From Eledone cirrhosa (Eukaryota), in contig OZ024743.1 in the NCBI GenBank assembly GCA_964016885.1, forward strand, positions 41,540,001 through 41,604,000: 64,000 nucleotides of DNA, given 5' to 3'. The position numbers were made by a program, and so were the translations under genes. Positions 1-12,013 of this stretch are shown piece after piece. Every line of letters begins with the position of its first letter. Within the stretch, counting starts at the first letter, position 1. The notes under the pieces were generated by a model. That model saw nothing but the letters and a program-made list of their open reading frames with translations, did no database searches and was not told the DNA's origin.

Positions 1-318
1 TGCATTACTGGTACTTTATTTTATCGACCCCGTAAGGATGAAAAGCATAGACAACCTCGGCGGGATTTGAACTCAGATCGTAAAGGGACGTAACTATGCT
101 GGAAAGCATGGCGTCCGACACTCTACCGATACTGCCAATCCACCGCCCTTCTTAATTGAAATAATGGTTTCTTATATAGGCACAATTTTGGGGGAGGGAA
201 AAGTCGATTAAATCAATACCAGTGCATGACTGTTACTTTATTTTATCGACCCCGTAATGATGAAAGGCAAAGTTAACCTCGGCGGGATTTGAACTTAGAT
301 TATAATGGGCCGTAATTC
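1..318 (-). mobile_element. Two tandem tRNA-derived SINE copies (Octopus-type)
   Basis: Reverse complement reads GGGCGGTGGATTGGCAGTATCGG (A-box-like) ... GAGTTCAAATCCCGCC (B-box) ... GGGGTCGATAAAATAAAGTACCAGT; the same unit recurs >15 times in the window. Confidence 0.85.
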
Positions 319-336
319 TAAGCTTTAAAGCAAGGC

Positions 337-592
337 GTTGAAATTGCAATTTGAGACTTTCAAAATATTTATTTATAATGATTTATGACTTTATCGGTTG
401 CACAAGTTTCATGATTCTCAATCGTCAAGACAGATGGATGAATATGTGGCTATGCCGACTTAAGTTAGAAGTAGGCATAGCCACACATTTCTCTATCTCT
501 CTTGACATTTGAATATCAGGAAACTTGTGCAACCGGTAAAACATAAATTAATGGAAATAAATCTTCTGAAAGACTCCAACAGCAGTTTCAAC
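337..592. repeat. Imperfect ~255 bp fold-back (inverted repeat) with degenerate HHR-like core
   Basis: GTTGAAATTGC...GGTTGCACAAGTTTC...TGTGGCTATGCC / GGCATAGCCACA...GAAACTTGTGCAACC...GCAGTTTCAAC; left arm minus strand has TTGACGA-tga gaa tca-GAAA; ends at (TA)n. Confidence 0.8.
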
Positions 593-783
593 TTCATTTA
601 TATATATATATATATATATAGATATATATATACTTAGGAATGGAGCTCTGAATACATGAAGATATGTATAGTATATTTGGCAATATACTGTATGCTTAAT
701 TAAAAACATTTTGAAGACCATGCGCTATTATTTTAAAGTAGTGACTATGTCACTTACTTCTTTTTTTAACAAACAAAGGGAGA

Positions 784-828
784 TAAGCTGACAGATCTGT
801 TTCACACTGTTGTGATCATCAGAGCTTA
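784..828 (-). ncRNA. Minimal type I hammerhead ribozyme
   Basis: Reverse complement of the 1013-1058 motif with intact CUGAUGA/GAAA/GUC. Confidence 0.85.
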
Positions 829-1012
829 GAATTCGCCGATGTTTGTTGAAAATTATAGATGCTGGAGCCTTATATGATTCCAGTAATAATCAGGAACTAC
901 TAATTTTCAATTTTTACTGGACCGGCAATCGCTCTGTATATTCAATTCCTGATTATTACTGGAATTCTATAAGATCCAGCATTTATCATTTTCAACAAAC
1001 ACAGGCGAGTGC

Positions 1013-1058
1013 TAAGCTCTGATGATCACGAACAGTGTGAAACAGATCTGTCAGCTTA
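1013..1058 (+). ncRNA. Minimal type I hammerhead ribozyme
   Basis: TAAGCT-CTGATGA-tCAC gaaca GTGt-GAAA-CAGATCTG-TC-AGCTTA: stem I TAAGCT/AGCTTA, palindromic stem III ACAGATCTGT, GUC cleavage triplet. Confidence 0.88.
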
Positions 1059-1160
1059 TCTCCCTTCGTTTGTTGAAAAAAAGATGGAAGTAACATAGTC
1101 ATTACTTTAAAATACTAGCGCAAGGTCTTCAAAATGTTTTTAATTAAGCATACAGTATAT

Positions 1161-1244
<84 letters not shown>

Positions 1245-1299
1245 GATAAAATGTGTATGTCAAACATGTTAAAGTTTGCTTCGATTATATATTTCTGGA

Positions 1300-1470
1300 T
1301 TATATATTTCAGTGATAGCCATTATTGGCCGTGACCTCATCAGGCAGTAAGAATACATATAGAGAAAACAGGTAAACATGATGTTGTAATGTGTTCTACC
1401 CTGTTAATTCATCGTTATGTCCAGCTCCTGGGTTTATTGTAAGTCCTCAAAAGAAACTGGAATCATATCG
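1300..1470 (-). mobile_element. Diverged pLTR fragment of the 8.4-10.7 kb PLE family, with HHR core at 1300-1349
   Basis: Minus strand ACTGC-CTGATGA-GGTCACGGCCAATAATGGCTATCACT-GAAA matches 10675-10716; shared AACTGGAATCATAT; 3' strand of stem I lost. Confidence 0.65.
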
Positions 1471-1739
1471 TTGAGTACTCCAACGTGCATACTGAGGTAT
1501 CGGTAAACAACCAACACATACTTAAAATTTATATACCAAAAGCTTATTTTGTTTATAAGCAGACAGTATTATTGATGTAGGGTTTTACCATCATTCCTGG
1601 GGTGCGTGTAAATATTACAATCATATCTTATTTTGTTTGACCCGGAAGTGGCGTTTCGCTAAATTCTACTCCTCATGAAATGCGATTCTCGCTAAATTTA
1701 TATGTGTATTTATATATATATATATTTATATATAGATAG

Positions 1740-1779
<40 letters not shown>

Positions 1780-1845
1780 TGAAAGAGAGATGGAGTGAGA
1801 GAGAGAGAGAGACAGAGATACATACAGACAGAGACATTTACAAAT

Positions 1846-2030
1846 TGGTGAATTTGCAGTATCGGTAGAGTGTTGGACGCCATGCTTTCTAGCATAGTTA
1901 CGTCCCTTTACAGTCTGAGTTCAAATCCCGCCGAGGTTAACTTTGCCTTTCATCCTTACGGGGTCGCTAAAATAAAGTACCAGTAATGTACTGGGTAATT
2001 GCTGGACTTGTGCCTAAAGTAGAAATAATT
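1846..2030 (+). mobile_element. tRNA-derived SINE, near full length
   Basis: TTGCAGTATCGG A-box, GAGTTCAAATCC B-box, family tail GTGCCTAAAGTAGAAATAATTATT. Confidence 0.85.
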
Positions 2031-2239
2031 ATTGTTTAAAACCCCACATTTCAGATGAGTGAGAACATCATTTATTACATAACACTGACGCATGTTTCTT
2101 TGTATATGTTACATATCAGTCTAGGATCGCTAATATTTTACTTCTTCAATCAAATTAAATCGAATCAAGCTATTTAAAAAAATCATATGCAGACACAACA
2201 CATTTTTAAAGTGGAATTGATTACACTAACGGAATCTGA

Positions 2240-2296
2240 CGACGATCACGACGACGACGAAAATAACAACAACAACAACTACTACTACTACTACTG

Positions 2297-2328
<32 letters not shown>

Positions 2329-2341
2329 GATGCTGCTGCTG

Positions 2342-2395
<54 letters not shown>

Positions 2396-2431
2396 TATAC
2401 AGAGGGAGAGAGATGGAGAGAAAGATAAATG

Positions 2432-2515
<84 letters not shown>
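2240..2515. repeat. Compound microsatellite (GAC/AAC/ACT/AG/GATA)
   Basis: Direct observation. Confidence 0.9.
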
Positions 2516-2519
<4 letters not shown>

Positions 2520-2764
2520 TATATATGTATATATTTAAAACACAATAGTAACAATAACAATAATAAAAATAATAAAATAATATTTATGCCTGATAATAGT
2601 TTAGTGCCAAGCTGAAATCACCAACAAAATAATTGAAAACACAACACAAGAAAAATACGTTGAAAATGAATTAAATGAAGAAATTAAAAGATGAAATCAA
2701 TGTTATTAATATAAAACGATGAAATATTCAATGAAAGGGATTTAACTAATGGAATAACACACAC

Positions 2765-2823
<59 letters not shown>

Positions 2824-2949
2824 TATTTCACACATTCGACATACATATACACATATTAGTGTTATACAGATATAAATGAAGAGAAACCGATAAAATTTAC
2901 ACGAATACAAACATATAATTCATTTCTAAATACAGTAACACAGACAAAA

Positions 2950-3151
2950 CATATTCATACACACATACATGGACACGCGAAGACTCACATACAGACATAT
3001 ATACACACACACACACTTCTCCGTATAAGACAAGAGCTGAAAAATATGTTTCAACATGTTAAAATAACCCCCCCCCCCTCCCACAAGCACACGTACACAC
3101 AGGTTCATACTGACCGATTCATTTCCATTATCACAACAATGAACCACTTTG

Positions 3152-3197
<46 letters not shown>

Positions 3198-3585
3198 ACA
3201 CACACACACACACGCACACACACCCACCCACACACACACATATTTGTCTTAATAGAGACCTGAACTGTTGAACTCTCACATGACTGAAAATCAATCAAGC
3301 GGGAGAGGACACTCTTCGACAAACCTACATTTGGCGCCGAAACCAGTTCGCGCTAAATTCAATTTAAACATTCACGTGACTTCTACCGACCAAACAAAAT
3401 TGTTCTGACTACAAGAATTTTTGCAACACGAATTGGCGCGAAATTTATAGTGCTTATTCACGTGACATTCAACAAGCAGCCAAATCTTAATACCTCCCAA
3501 GCCACTTTTTTCAGATAAAACAGAAAGAATTTCCAAAACTGATCAGATTAGAGCAAAAATCACGAGCACTCTACCAAAATATACG
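2950..3585 (+). mobile_element. 3' non-coding/pLTR fragment of the 29-33.5 kb PLE family
   Basis: Colinear with ~32760-33370 (GACAAGAGCTGAAA, GACAAACCTACATTTGGCGC, CTGATCAGATTAGAGCAAA). Confidence 0.8.
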
Positions 3586-3747
3586 GTAGTGTCCAATCCG
3601 TATGAAGAACTTAATGTAATCCAAATATCATAAAAAGAGAAGATGCATTCAAAAATGTTCAATAAATTACATAGGAAAACAGAGTCAAGATAAATTAATA
3701 AAAACAATGAAATAAAAACAAAGAACAAGTTCCTTATATTTAAAAAA

Positions 3748-3883
3748 TCATCATTTTACGATCGTTTCTAGGATGTATATATGTGTTGGTATGTATATCA
3801 TATAGATCTATGTAAAAATATTACAAATTAGCAGAAGAAATATACATACCTTCACATATACATGCTGTCTTCAGAAATGATGA
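3748..3883 (-). ncRNA. Type I HHR with ~100 nt extended stem II
   Basis: TCATCATTT-CTGAAGA-cagcatgtat...atacatccta-GAAA-CGATCG-TA-AAATGATGA. Confidence 0.75.
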
Positions 3884-4589
3884 GATTTATTTATTGAAAA
3901 AAAACAACAAAGATTTAATATAAAAGGTCTGTTTGGGAACAGGTTTGGAATTGACCAATAGAAAAGTAGTTAGAGGTCAAGTTGATAGAATAGTGGTAGA
4001 AGAAATTTAATTTAGGGGTAGAGGAGTGAGGACTTATATTTTAAATGAAAATAATACTTTAAATTAAAAGAATACTTTGCGGATGAACAGATGTGAAGCC
4101 AGTGAAGGGTTCACGAAAATTTGATTTTATTAAAGAATAATGTTAAAAACGAAGGAAAATAACATTTTAGGATAAGGGTATTAGTGAGAAATACCAATCT
4201 TATTTAAACAACAAAAATCTAGATCTATAACAAGAAATTAAATTAATTGATAGGTATATTTATAGGGATAAATTTATATTAATTCATATGAATGTGATAA
4301 ATAAGAATTAGATGTAATTAAAGAGTGTTGTTAAAAACGAAGGAAAGTAACATTTTGGGATAAGTGTAGTAGTAAGAAATACCAATCTTATAAAAACTAC
4401 AAGGAATCTGGATCTCATAACAGGAAATTAAATTAATTTATAGGTATACTTTTAGGTATTAATTTCAGGAAAAGAGAGTTGTAAGAGGGAAATAAAATTA
4501 TGAAGTTCTCTGTAGTAAAGTACTAATTATAGGTTAAATAAATTTAAAAAAAACTAATTAAAATGATATGTAAAATATAAGTGTAAGGT

Positions 4590-6340
4590 GTATATTAATT
4601 AGGTTTATAATATTTGAAGGTTCTTCTAATTCTATGATTGCAAGATATAGGATATCCTTAGATTTCAAAAGGTTCCTGGGAGCATAACCAACACTCGTAT
4701 CTGTTATTTTGAGAAGGGGTGGCCATTTTAAGCACACTCCCGGTCAGGTTGTAATCGATATTCTTCTTTCTATAATTATTAATTGTTTCAGCCAAGGATG
4801 TTGTATTAGCTAATGCGGCATTTTAAAAACTATGTTTGTGGGTATTAACTCTTACTTTAAATCGGTTAGACGTAGCTCCTATATATGAATAAGTGGAGTC
4901 CTTAGTGCTAATTTTACATGTATAGACTATGTTATTAATAAGACAATTTCCCTCTAATGAGCAAATTCTTTTGATTTTACAGTTACAAACATTCGTGAAT
5001 ATTATATCAGGGGAGTTAGTCAAACTTGGTGTGGAATTTACTCGACTTGTTATATGTGAAGGAGATTGTGGCTTGTTGCGGTTTATTTTAGTATTATCGT
5101 TGGTTTGATGTGTTGGTGGTATATTTGTGGGTTTTTTTACATTTATATGCGTTGTACGCACTTATATTTTGTTGTATATTTTTGGTAGTGGTGTAGGAAA
5201 ATTTGACAGTTGATCTATTTAAAATTTGATGGTATTTATGGTTTGGCTGAAAGTTTTTCTCTAGGATAGTAAAGCAATTTTTGGGGATATTATCTTTAAT
5301 TTGTAGATTAAATGGATCATTATACCAAGTAACCCGTCTATTACGGTTTCGATATTGTTTTTTATATTTATACGATGTATCAGGATGTTTACTAAGAGGG
5401 TTACTATTAGTGAATTTATTATATAAAGGTTTAGTTTGATTAATTGATTTAGGTGTTTTAGTCTGATTACTAGGAATTTTGTTAGTAATGTTGGAGTATT
5501 ACGATGAATGGTTTTTTGAAAGTCATTATATTTTATGCGAGAAGAGGTAGAGAAGTTAAGTTTTAGGTTGGTATTTTTTAGGTGTAGTATGAGTGGCATT
5601 TAGGTGTGGGTTTTTCGTTTGGTGTTTGTTTGTAATATAGGGTTGTATGTTTGAAGTATTATTGGTGCAAGGTATATAGACTAATTTGTTTTTTGTGGCC
5701 ACTTCTAGCTAAAGCTTCGTTATAAAAGGGCACGTTTTTATCGAATACATCCTGGTTAGATGAAAGGTTAGAGATTCTGAATGAGATATTATATGCTAGG
5801 TTTTTAAGGATTGATCTAGGGTGATTGGATTGTGAGTGAATGTAATGTAAGTTTTGGTTAGGTTTATGGTAAGGTTGGTAGATACCCGTATATAGGTCTA
5901 AAGGCATATGTAGGAAATTGACTAATTTACTGGTGTTTTCAAATGGAATATTGAGATTGTAATAGTCTTTGAGGAAAGTTCTAATAAGTGTTTTATTTGT
6001 TTCAATTTCTGATAGGCTAAGATTAGTGGAAAGAAGAAGACAGTCATCACTATATAAACCACCTTTAAGCTGGGGAAAAGATGAATTAATGTTAAATAGA
6101 ATAAAGAGACCCACAAGATCGGTAATTTGGGCGGAATCACTAGAGCCCATAGTAATGTCGAAGAGGTTACTATATGTATTTCTGGTCCAGTATTCTTACT
6201 GAAACTACAGTAGTGTGTGTCTAGCGTGCGTGATAATATTAATGTCATGCATAGTTAAGTTTGATCTATTTCTGGCAAATATCAAGGCTTTGTTCAGGTG
6301 TATGGGTTATATAGAGGAATAATAAGCATCTATATCAAAT
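4590..6340 (-). pseudogene. Disrupted PLE ORF (RT core, linker, GIY-YIG endonuclease)
   Basis: MGSSDSAQITDLVGLF...GLYSDDCLL (RT motifs), YIHSQSNHP, and CSLEGNCLINNIVYTCKI...YIGATSNRFKVR (GIY-YIG); stops and frameshifts. Confidence 0.9.
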
Positions 6341-7806
6341 TGTAATAGACGGGTTACTTGGTATAATGCACCATTTAATCTACAAATTAAAGACAATATC
6401 CCTGAAAAATGTTTTACTACCCTAGAGAAAAACTTTCAGCCAAACCATAAATACCATCACATTTTAAATAGATCAACTGTCAAATTTTCCCAGTCCACTA
6501 CTAAAAATATACAACAAAATATAAGTGCGTACAACGCATATAAATGTAAAAAAAACACAAATATACCACCAACACATCAAACCAACGATAATACTAAAAT
6601 AAACCGTAACAAGCCACAATCTCCTTCACCTATAACAAGTCGAGTAAATTCCACACCAAATTTGACTAACACTCCTGATATAATATTCACGAATGTTTGT
6701 AACTGTAAAATCAAAGAAATTGCTCATTAGAGGGAAATTGTCTTATTAATAACATAGTCTATATAAGCACTAAGGACTCCACTTATTCATATATAGGAGC
6801 TACGTCTAACCAATGTAAAGTAAGATTTAATACCCACAAACATAGTTTTAAAAATGCCGCATTAGCTAATACAACATACTTGACTGAAACAATTAATAAT
6901 TATAGAAAGAAGAATATCGATTACAACCTGACCTGGAGTGTGCATAAAAAGGGCCACACCTTATAACAGATACGAGTGTAGGTTATGCTCCCATGAACCT
7001 TTTGAAATCATGAAACCTAAGGATATCCTATTAAATAAGCGACAGGAATTAATTATATCTTGCAATCATAGAATTAGAAGAACCTTCAAATATTATAAAC
7101 CTAATTACTTATATTTTACATATTATTATAATGTTTATTTTAAATTTAGTTAACCTATAATTAGTACTTTACTACAGAGAACTTCATAATTTTATTTCCC
7201 ACTTACAGCTCTCTTTTCCTGAAATTAATACCTCAAAGTATACCTATAAATTCATTTAATTTCCTGTTGTGAATATAGATTCCTTGTAGTTTATATAACA
7301 TTGGTATTTCTCACTACTACCCTTATCCCAAAATGTCACTTTCCTTCGTTTTTAACCACACTCTTTAATAACATCTAATTCTTATTTATCACATTCATAG
7401 GAATTAATATAAATTTATCCCTATAAGTATACCTATCAATTAATTTAATTTCTTGTTATAGATCGAGATTCCTTGTGCTTTACATAAGACTGGTATTTCA
7501 CACTAATACCATTACCTTAACATTTTATTTTCCTTGATTTTTAACATTATTCTTTAATAACATCAAATGTTCGTGTACCCTTCACTGGCTTCACCTCTTT
7601 TCATCCCCAAAGTATTCTTATCATTCAAAGTATTTTTTTCATTCAAAACATAAGTCTGCACTCCTCTACCCCTAAATTAAATTTCTACTACCACTATTCT
7701 ATCAACTTGACCTCTAACTACTTTTCTATTGGTCAATCCCAAACCTGTTCCCAAAGATACCTCTAATATTAAATCTTTGTTGGTTTTTTCCAATAAACAA
7801 ATCTCT

Positions 7807-7922
7807 TCATTTCTGAAGATAGCATGTATATGTGAAGGTATGTATATTTCCTCTGATAGTTTGTAATATTTTTACATAGATATATATGGTATACATACAT
7901 CCTAGAAACGATCGTAAAATGA
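7807..7922 (+). ncRNA. Type I HHR with extended stem II
   Basis: TCATTT-CTGAAGA(7813)-TAGCATGTAT...ATACATCCTA-GAAA(7905)-CGATCG-TA-AAATGA; palindromic stem III ACGATCGT. Confidence 0.75.
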
Positions 7923-7977
7923 TGAATTTTTTAATATAAGGAACTTGTTATTTGTTTTTATTTCATTGGTTTTATTA

Positions 7978-8048
<71 letters not shown>

Positions 8049-8052
<4 letters not shown>

Positions 8053-8239
8053 AAAAGAGTCAGGACCCAGACGGCTGACCTCCGCCCCGTTTCGACAGCC
8101 AGATCCGAATCTAGCTGTCGAAACTGCTGAAGGTCAGCTTTCGCTGTCCTGACTCTTTTTCTTAATTCCCACCCCACTGCCCTAAATATCGAGTACTCTA
8201 GTGCGTTATGGTCCACCTGGTTTTTACCACACTTTCCTT

Positions 8240-8243
<4 letters not shown>
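8049..8243 (+). mobile_element. Small hairpin-plus-tail element between (TA)n runs (second copy at 45985-46196)
   Basis: ~110 bp imperfect palindrome GGAAAAGAGTCAGGAC...GTCCTGACTCTTTTT plus ~80 bp tail with GAGTACT...GTGCGTTATGGTCCA, shared with 46 kb copy. Confidence 0.7.
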
Positions 8244-8274
<31 letters not shown>

Positions 8275-8275
8275 C

Positions 8276-8372
<97 letters not shown>

Positions 8373-8904
8373 CATTTTGAGTATATATTGGTTGTATACC
8401 AACACCTCGGTATGCAGAATGGAACACTCGACGAAGTGCGCAGGCTGGTTTAGTTTCTCCGGAGTAATATAAAATAAAACAATGACTTACCACGCCCCTG
8501 ACCCAGACATATAGTGGGAGACACAGAAAAATCACGTGGTACAACCCACCCTACTCAGCGGCCCTAAAGAACAGCTTGGCCCGATCATTATTTGGAGTAC
8601 TTGAGAAATGCTTCCCGAGGGACCATATATACCACAAGATCTTCAATAGACACACTGTGAAACTCTCGTATTCCACCACGAGAAATCTGGCCCAACACAT
8701 AGCTAGCATCAACAGGAGTATGCTTAAAAACCACACATAACCAGAATATGGCAATATAAGCACTCCGCAGAACCATGTGAAAGGAGCGAAAGGGGGGGGG
8801 GGCAGTGCCCACCCAAGAAACCCAAACAGAACCGGGGACCCCCACCGCGCCTGGAGGAACACCTCCATATAACACCTAACAGGAACTCCAATCTAGGCAC
8901 GCAG

Positions 8905-9345
8905 ATGTCGACCACCCTCTGCAACTTCAGAAACACCGAATCATGCCCACTTGGTAATGAATGCCTTAAGAAGAACCTAGTATACGGTTGTAGGGTCAAA
9001 ACCGCCAACTCCGAACACCTTTACATAGGTGCCACATCAACGAGCTTTAAAGACCGCTGGTATAACTATCGCTATTCCTTCAATAAGGAGGCCAAAAGGA
9101 AAAGTATGGCTCTCTCCGACCTGATCTGGAAGCTTAAGCTGGACAGGACCCCGTACTCTCTGGCCTGGTCCATAATCAGGAATGTACCACCCGATAAAGG
9201 GGGATCTTGCATATGCAAACTATGTCTGAACGAGACCCTCGAGATAATAAGAGGTGGAAGCGGCCTGATAAACCTCAGAACCGACTTATTCGGGACATGC
9301 AGAGACCTCAGGGCCGGGAGCTTCCTCAAGATATATGGACAGTAG
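8905..9345 (+). pseudogene. GIY-YIG endonuclease domain of PLE
   Basis: CPLGNECLKKNLVYGCRV...LYIGATSTSFKDRW...CKLCLNETLEI...NLRTDLFGTCR. Confidence 0.88.
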
Positions 9346-10674
9346 CAACACAATAAGATGTGAACACCCCTCAAGCTATAGGGACTTCTCCAGAACATGT
9401 AGACACCTCCCGGCCAAACCTCCCTCAAGCTATATGGGCAGTAACAACACCATAGGTTGGGAACTCCCCTCAAGCCATAGGGACCAACCCAGGCTGAGCA
9501 GACACCATGATAGCCTAGAGATTGATTCTGACACAGCCTTTAATTTGGCCAACATCTTTATAACACACACATTTTAATTTACCTGATTTTTGATGTTTCA
9601 ATTTTGATTTCTCATTATTCATTTGTTATTAGTTTTCTGTTTTCTTCACTTTACCACCTTATATTTATATTTAAGATGAAATTGGTTATAACACACACAC
9701 ATTTTTTTTTATTATCCTATTTCGTTTTATGCTTTTACCATCTTGTTCCTCCTACCAATCTATCCAACATATTTCTGACCTTAAGATTGGTTATAGCACA
9801 CACACATTTTATGTTATTTTATTCGAATCTTCATTTAATTTTTCACTTTTCGTTTTCATTTTTCATTTTCCATATTCACTTTTCATTACTTTTTCATTAC
9901 CTTTTCATTAATTCTTCATTTATACTCTATCTATTATTTATTTTCTGTTTACTTCATTTTATTGCCTTCTATTTCTTCATATGCATGGCAGAACCCCCAC
10001 CACCACCATGGGAGATGGTGGCAGGAGGGGGGAAGAAACACACACACAGATACTTATAAATTGTCAGCAGCAGCAAGATATAAGCTGACCACAACACCAA
10101 CAACACTACCAACATAAGGGTAGAGGTCTGATGTACTTAACAATAGCAAACACAAACACTACAGGGAGCCTCACCCCAGAAAGAATTTCTATAGACTTTG
10201 GACTGAGGAATGCTCTCAAAACTGACCAAAGGGAAGTTTGACCTTACAAATCTTTATAACATTGAGATGGGTATAACACACACACAAAATATATTCGATT
10301 ATTTTATTTTATTTTGTTCCTTTACCATCTTATTCCTTCTACCACTTTATCACATTCTTTTGAGCTGACTCCAAGAATAACACCACTACCAACACAAGAA
10401 TAGAGGTCAGATGTACCTAACAATAACAAGAACAACAACTACAGATTGGCTTGCCTCAGAACGAATTTCTATGGACTTTTGACTGAGGAATGTTCTAACA
10501 ACTGACCAATGAGAGGAGAAGGGGACCTTTGACGCTGAAATTCGTTTGTTTGAATTCATATGATTCCAGTTCTTCAGTGAAATAACAACCCAACCAGGAA
10601 CTGTGCATATCAGAGTATTGACAAAGTTATACACCTCAACAACATGTGTACTCGTCTCTACCACACTAATTCGG

Positions 10675-10729
10675 ACTGCCTGAAGAGGTCACAGCCAAAG
10701 ATGGCTGTCACCGAAACATATATAGCAGT
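10675..10729 (+). ncRNA. Type I hammerhead ribozyme
   Basis: ACTGC-CTGAAGA-GGTcACAGCCA aaga TGGCTGTcACC-GAAA-CATATA-TA-GCAGT. Confidence 0.8.
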
Positions 10730-10741
10730 AATATAATATTT

Positions 10742-10815
<74 letters not shown>

Positions 10816-10999
10816 TTATGATCAACACCGCCTAGCCTTTCTACTTTCTGCATTTGAGCCACGCACCGCTTTTTGGCTGCGAAGCAGAAAGTATAACGGC
10901 GAGGTGGTGTTGGTAATAATTAGACTCGATCTGCTTGAAAGTAGACAGCGGTGCGTGGCTGAATTAGTTGCCTTTTTCATCTGCCTGTACCATTCTTCA

Positions 11000-11560
11000 T
11001 GACGAGTGTACTAGCATCGGGAATGCCCAACGCCTTGGCCCCTGCACACAAATGCCGTTGTGTGACTGTCGTTGACAAATTAGACCTGCACCCGCTGTGA
11101 TAGAGCTGTCAATGACATTTTGAGCGGGCACTTGGATGCAGCTTGCTTGTGATCACTACTAGATCCAGCAGGCTTCAACTGCGGAGATAGCAACCACGAT
11201 GACGCAATTACCCTCTTCTCATTAAAAGTAGGTAAATCCCTTATCTGGGAGCCCACATATTGTGACACGTTCTCCGCCTTCAGCATTGTCACTTCGGACC
11301 AAAATCCCGGTACTGCTGTTCACAATGTAGAGCAGAGGAATAGAAAGAGAACTGGGGCTTGTCTGGCCGCTTCTTTTCGCAGCGGTCACCGCCGAGACCT
11401 TAGGTGTCCTCGGATCCCGTATAACCGAGTTTTTCGAAAAATCGGTACGTCAGCAGCCCGTCTGAGGAAGGAGCCTGCGAAGTGGACTGGCTGTTTCAGC
11501 GGGTGTCACTGGCATTCGTGCGTGGAAATGCCTCTGCTGTTTAGTCTGTGGGGTGCAGCC
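11000..11560 (+). mobile_element. Decayed CRE-like non-LTR retrotransposon C-terminus (restriction-like endonuclease)
   Basis: Frame-broken HKCRC..VDKLDLHPL, LDPAG..GD....ITLF...GKSLIWE.T.CDT, ETLGVLG, WLFQRVSLAFVRGNA. Confidence 0.75.
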
Positions 11561-11820
11561 CAAACACCGCTTCTCCATAGGCCCTGAGCACATCACCTCC
11601 CATTTCCCCTCCTCGATTTTTCATCCTTCTCAATTTAAGGATTTTATTATCTCAGTTGGGATTTCAACTTAACCAGCGGCTTCACCATAGTTGAGAGTTG
11701 TTACTGCTCTTATGACATCAGTCTCCGAGAAATTAGGCACAGCTCCCAGATGCACATCGCGTTGATCAGTAGATGGTCTTGTGATCAATTTTACTAATAT
11801 CATCAAAATACTTTAGCAAT

Positions 11821-12013
11821 ATACCTGCCAACCTCTAAAAACCTAAACAGGGAGTACCATTAAAAAAGGTGCCCCAAAATAGGGAAAAAAATGCAAAATG
11901 GGGACATTTTACATAAAGAAAGCTATACCCATTTTAACCAGAGAAGATATATCTCACCCACCTTAAAGTGGGTGGGAGATCTCTTCGTCGGACAGGGAAA
12001 GTTGACAGGTCTG
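11821..12013. mobile_element. Possible MITE (short TIRs)
   Basis: ACCTGCCAAC at ~11823 and GTTGACAGGT at 12001; no TSD recognised. Confidence 0.35.

Larger units (their letters stand above)
675..1168. mobile_element. Fold-back element (two ~225 bp inverted arms), PLE pLTR-derived, one HHR per arm
   Basis: GGCAATATACTGTATGCTTAATTAAAAACATTTTGAAGACC...CAGTAATAATCAGGAA mirrored by TTCCTGATTATTACTG...GGTCTTCAAAATGTTTTTAATTAAGCATACAGTATATTGCC; abuts (TA)n. Confidence 0.85.
3690..7980. mobile_element. Penelope-like element with large inverted structure: minus copy 3690-6341, plus 3' copy 6342-7980
   Basis: Arms 3690-5345 and 6342-7980 are reverse complements; RT and GIY-YIG relics; HHR at both outer ends; ends in (TA)n. 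Confidence 0.9.
8380..10745 (+). mobile_element. 5'-truncated Penelope-like element (post-RT region, GIY-YIG, repetitive 3' UTR, pLTR)
   Basis: [11 protein letters not shown]...IFNRHTVKLSYS at ~8525-8680; GIY-YIG ORF 8905-9345; HHR at 3' end; flanked by (TA)n. Confidence 0.88.
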
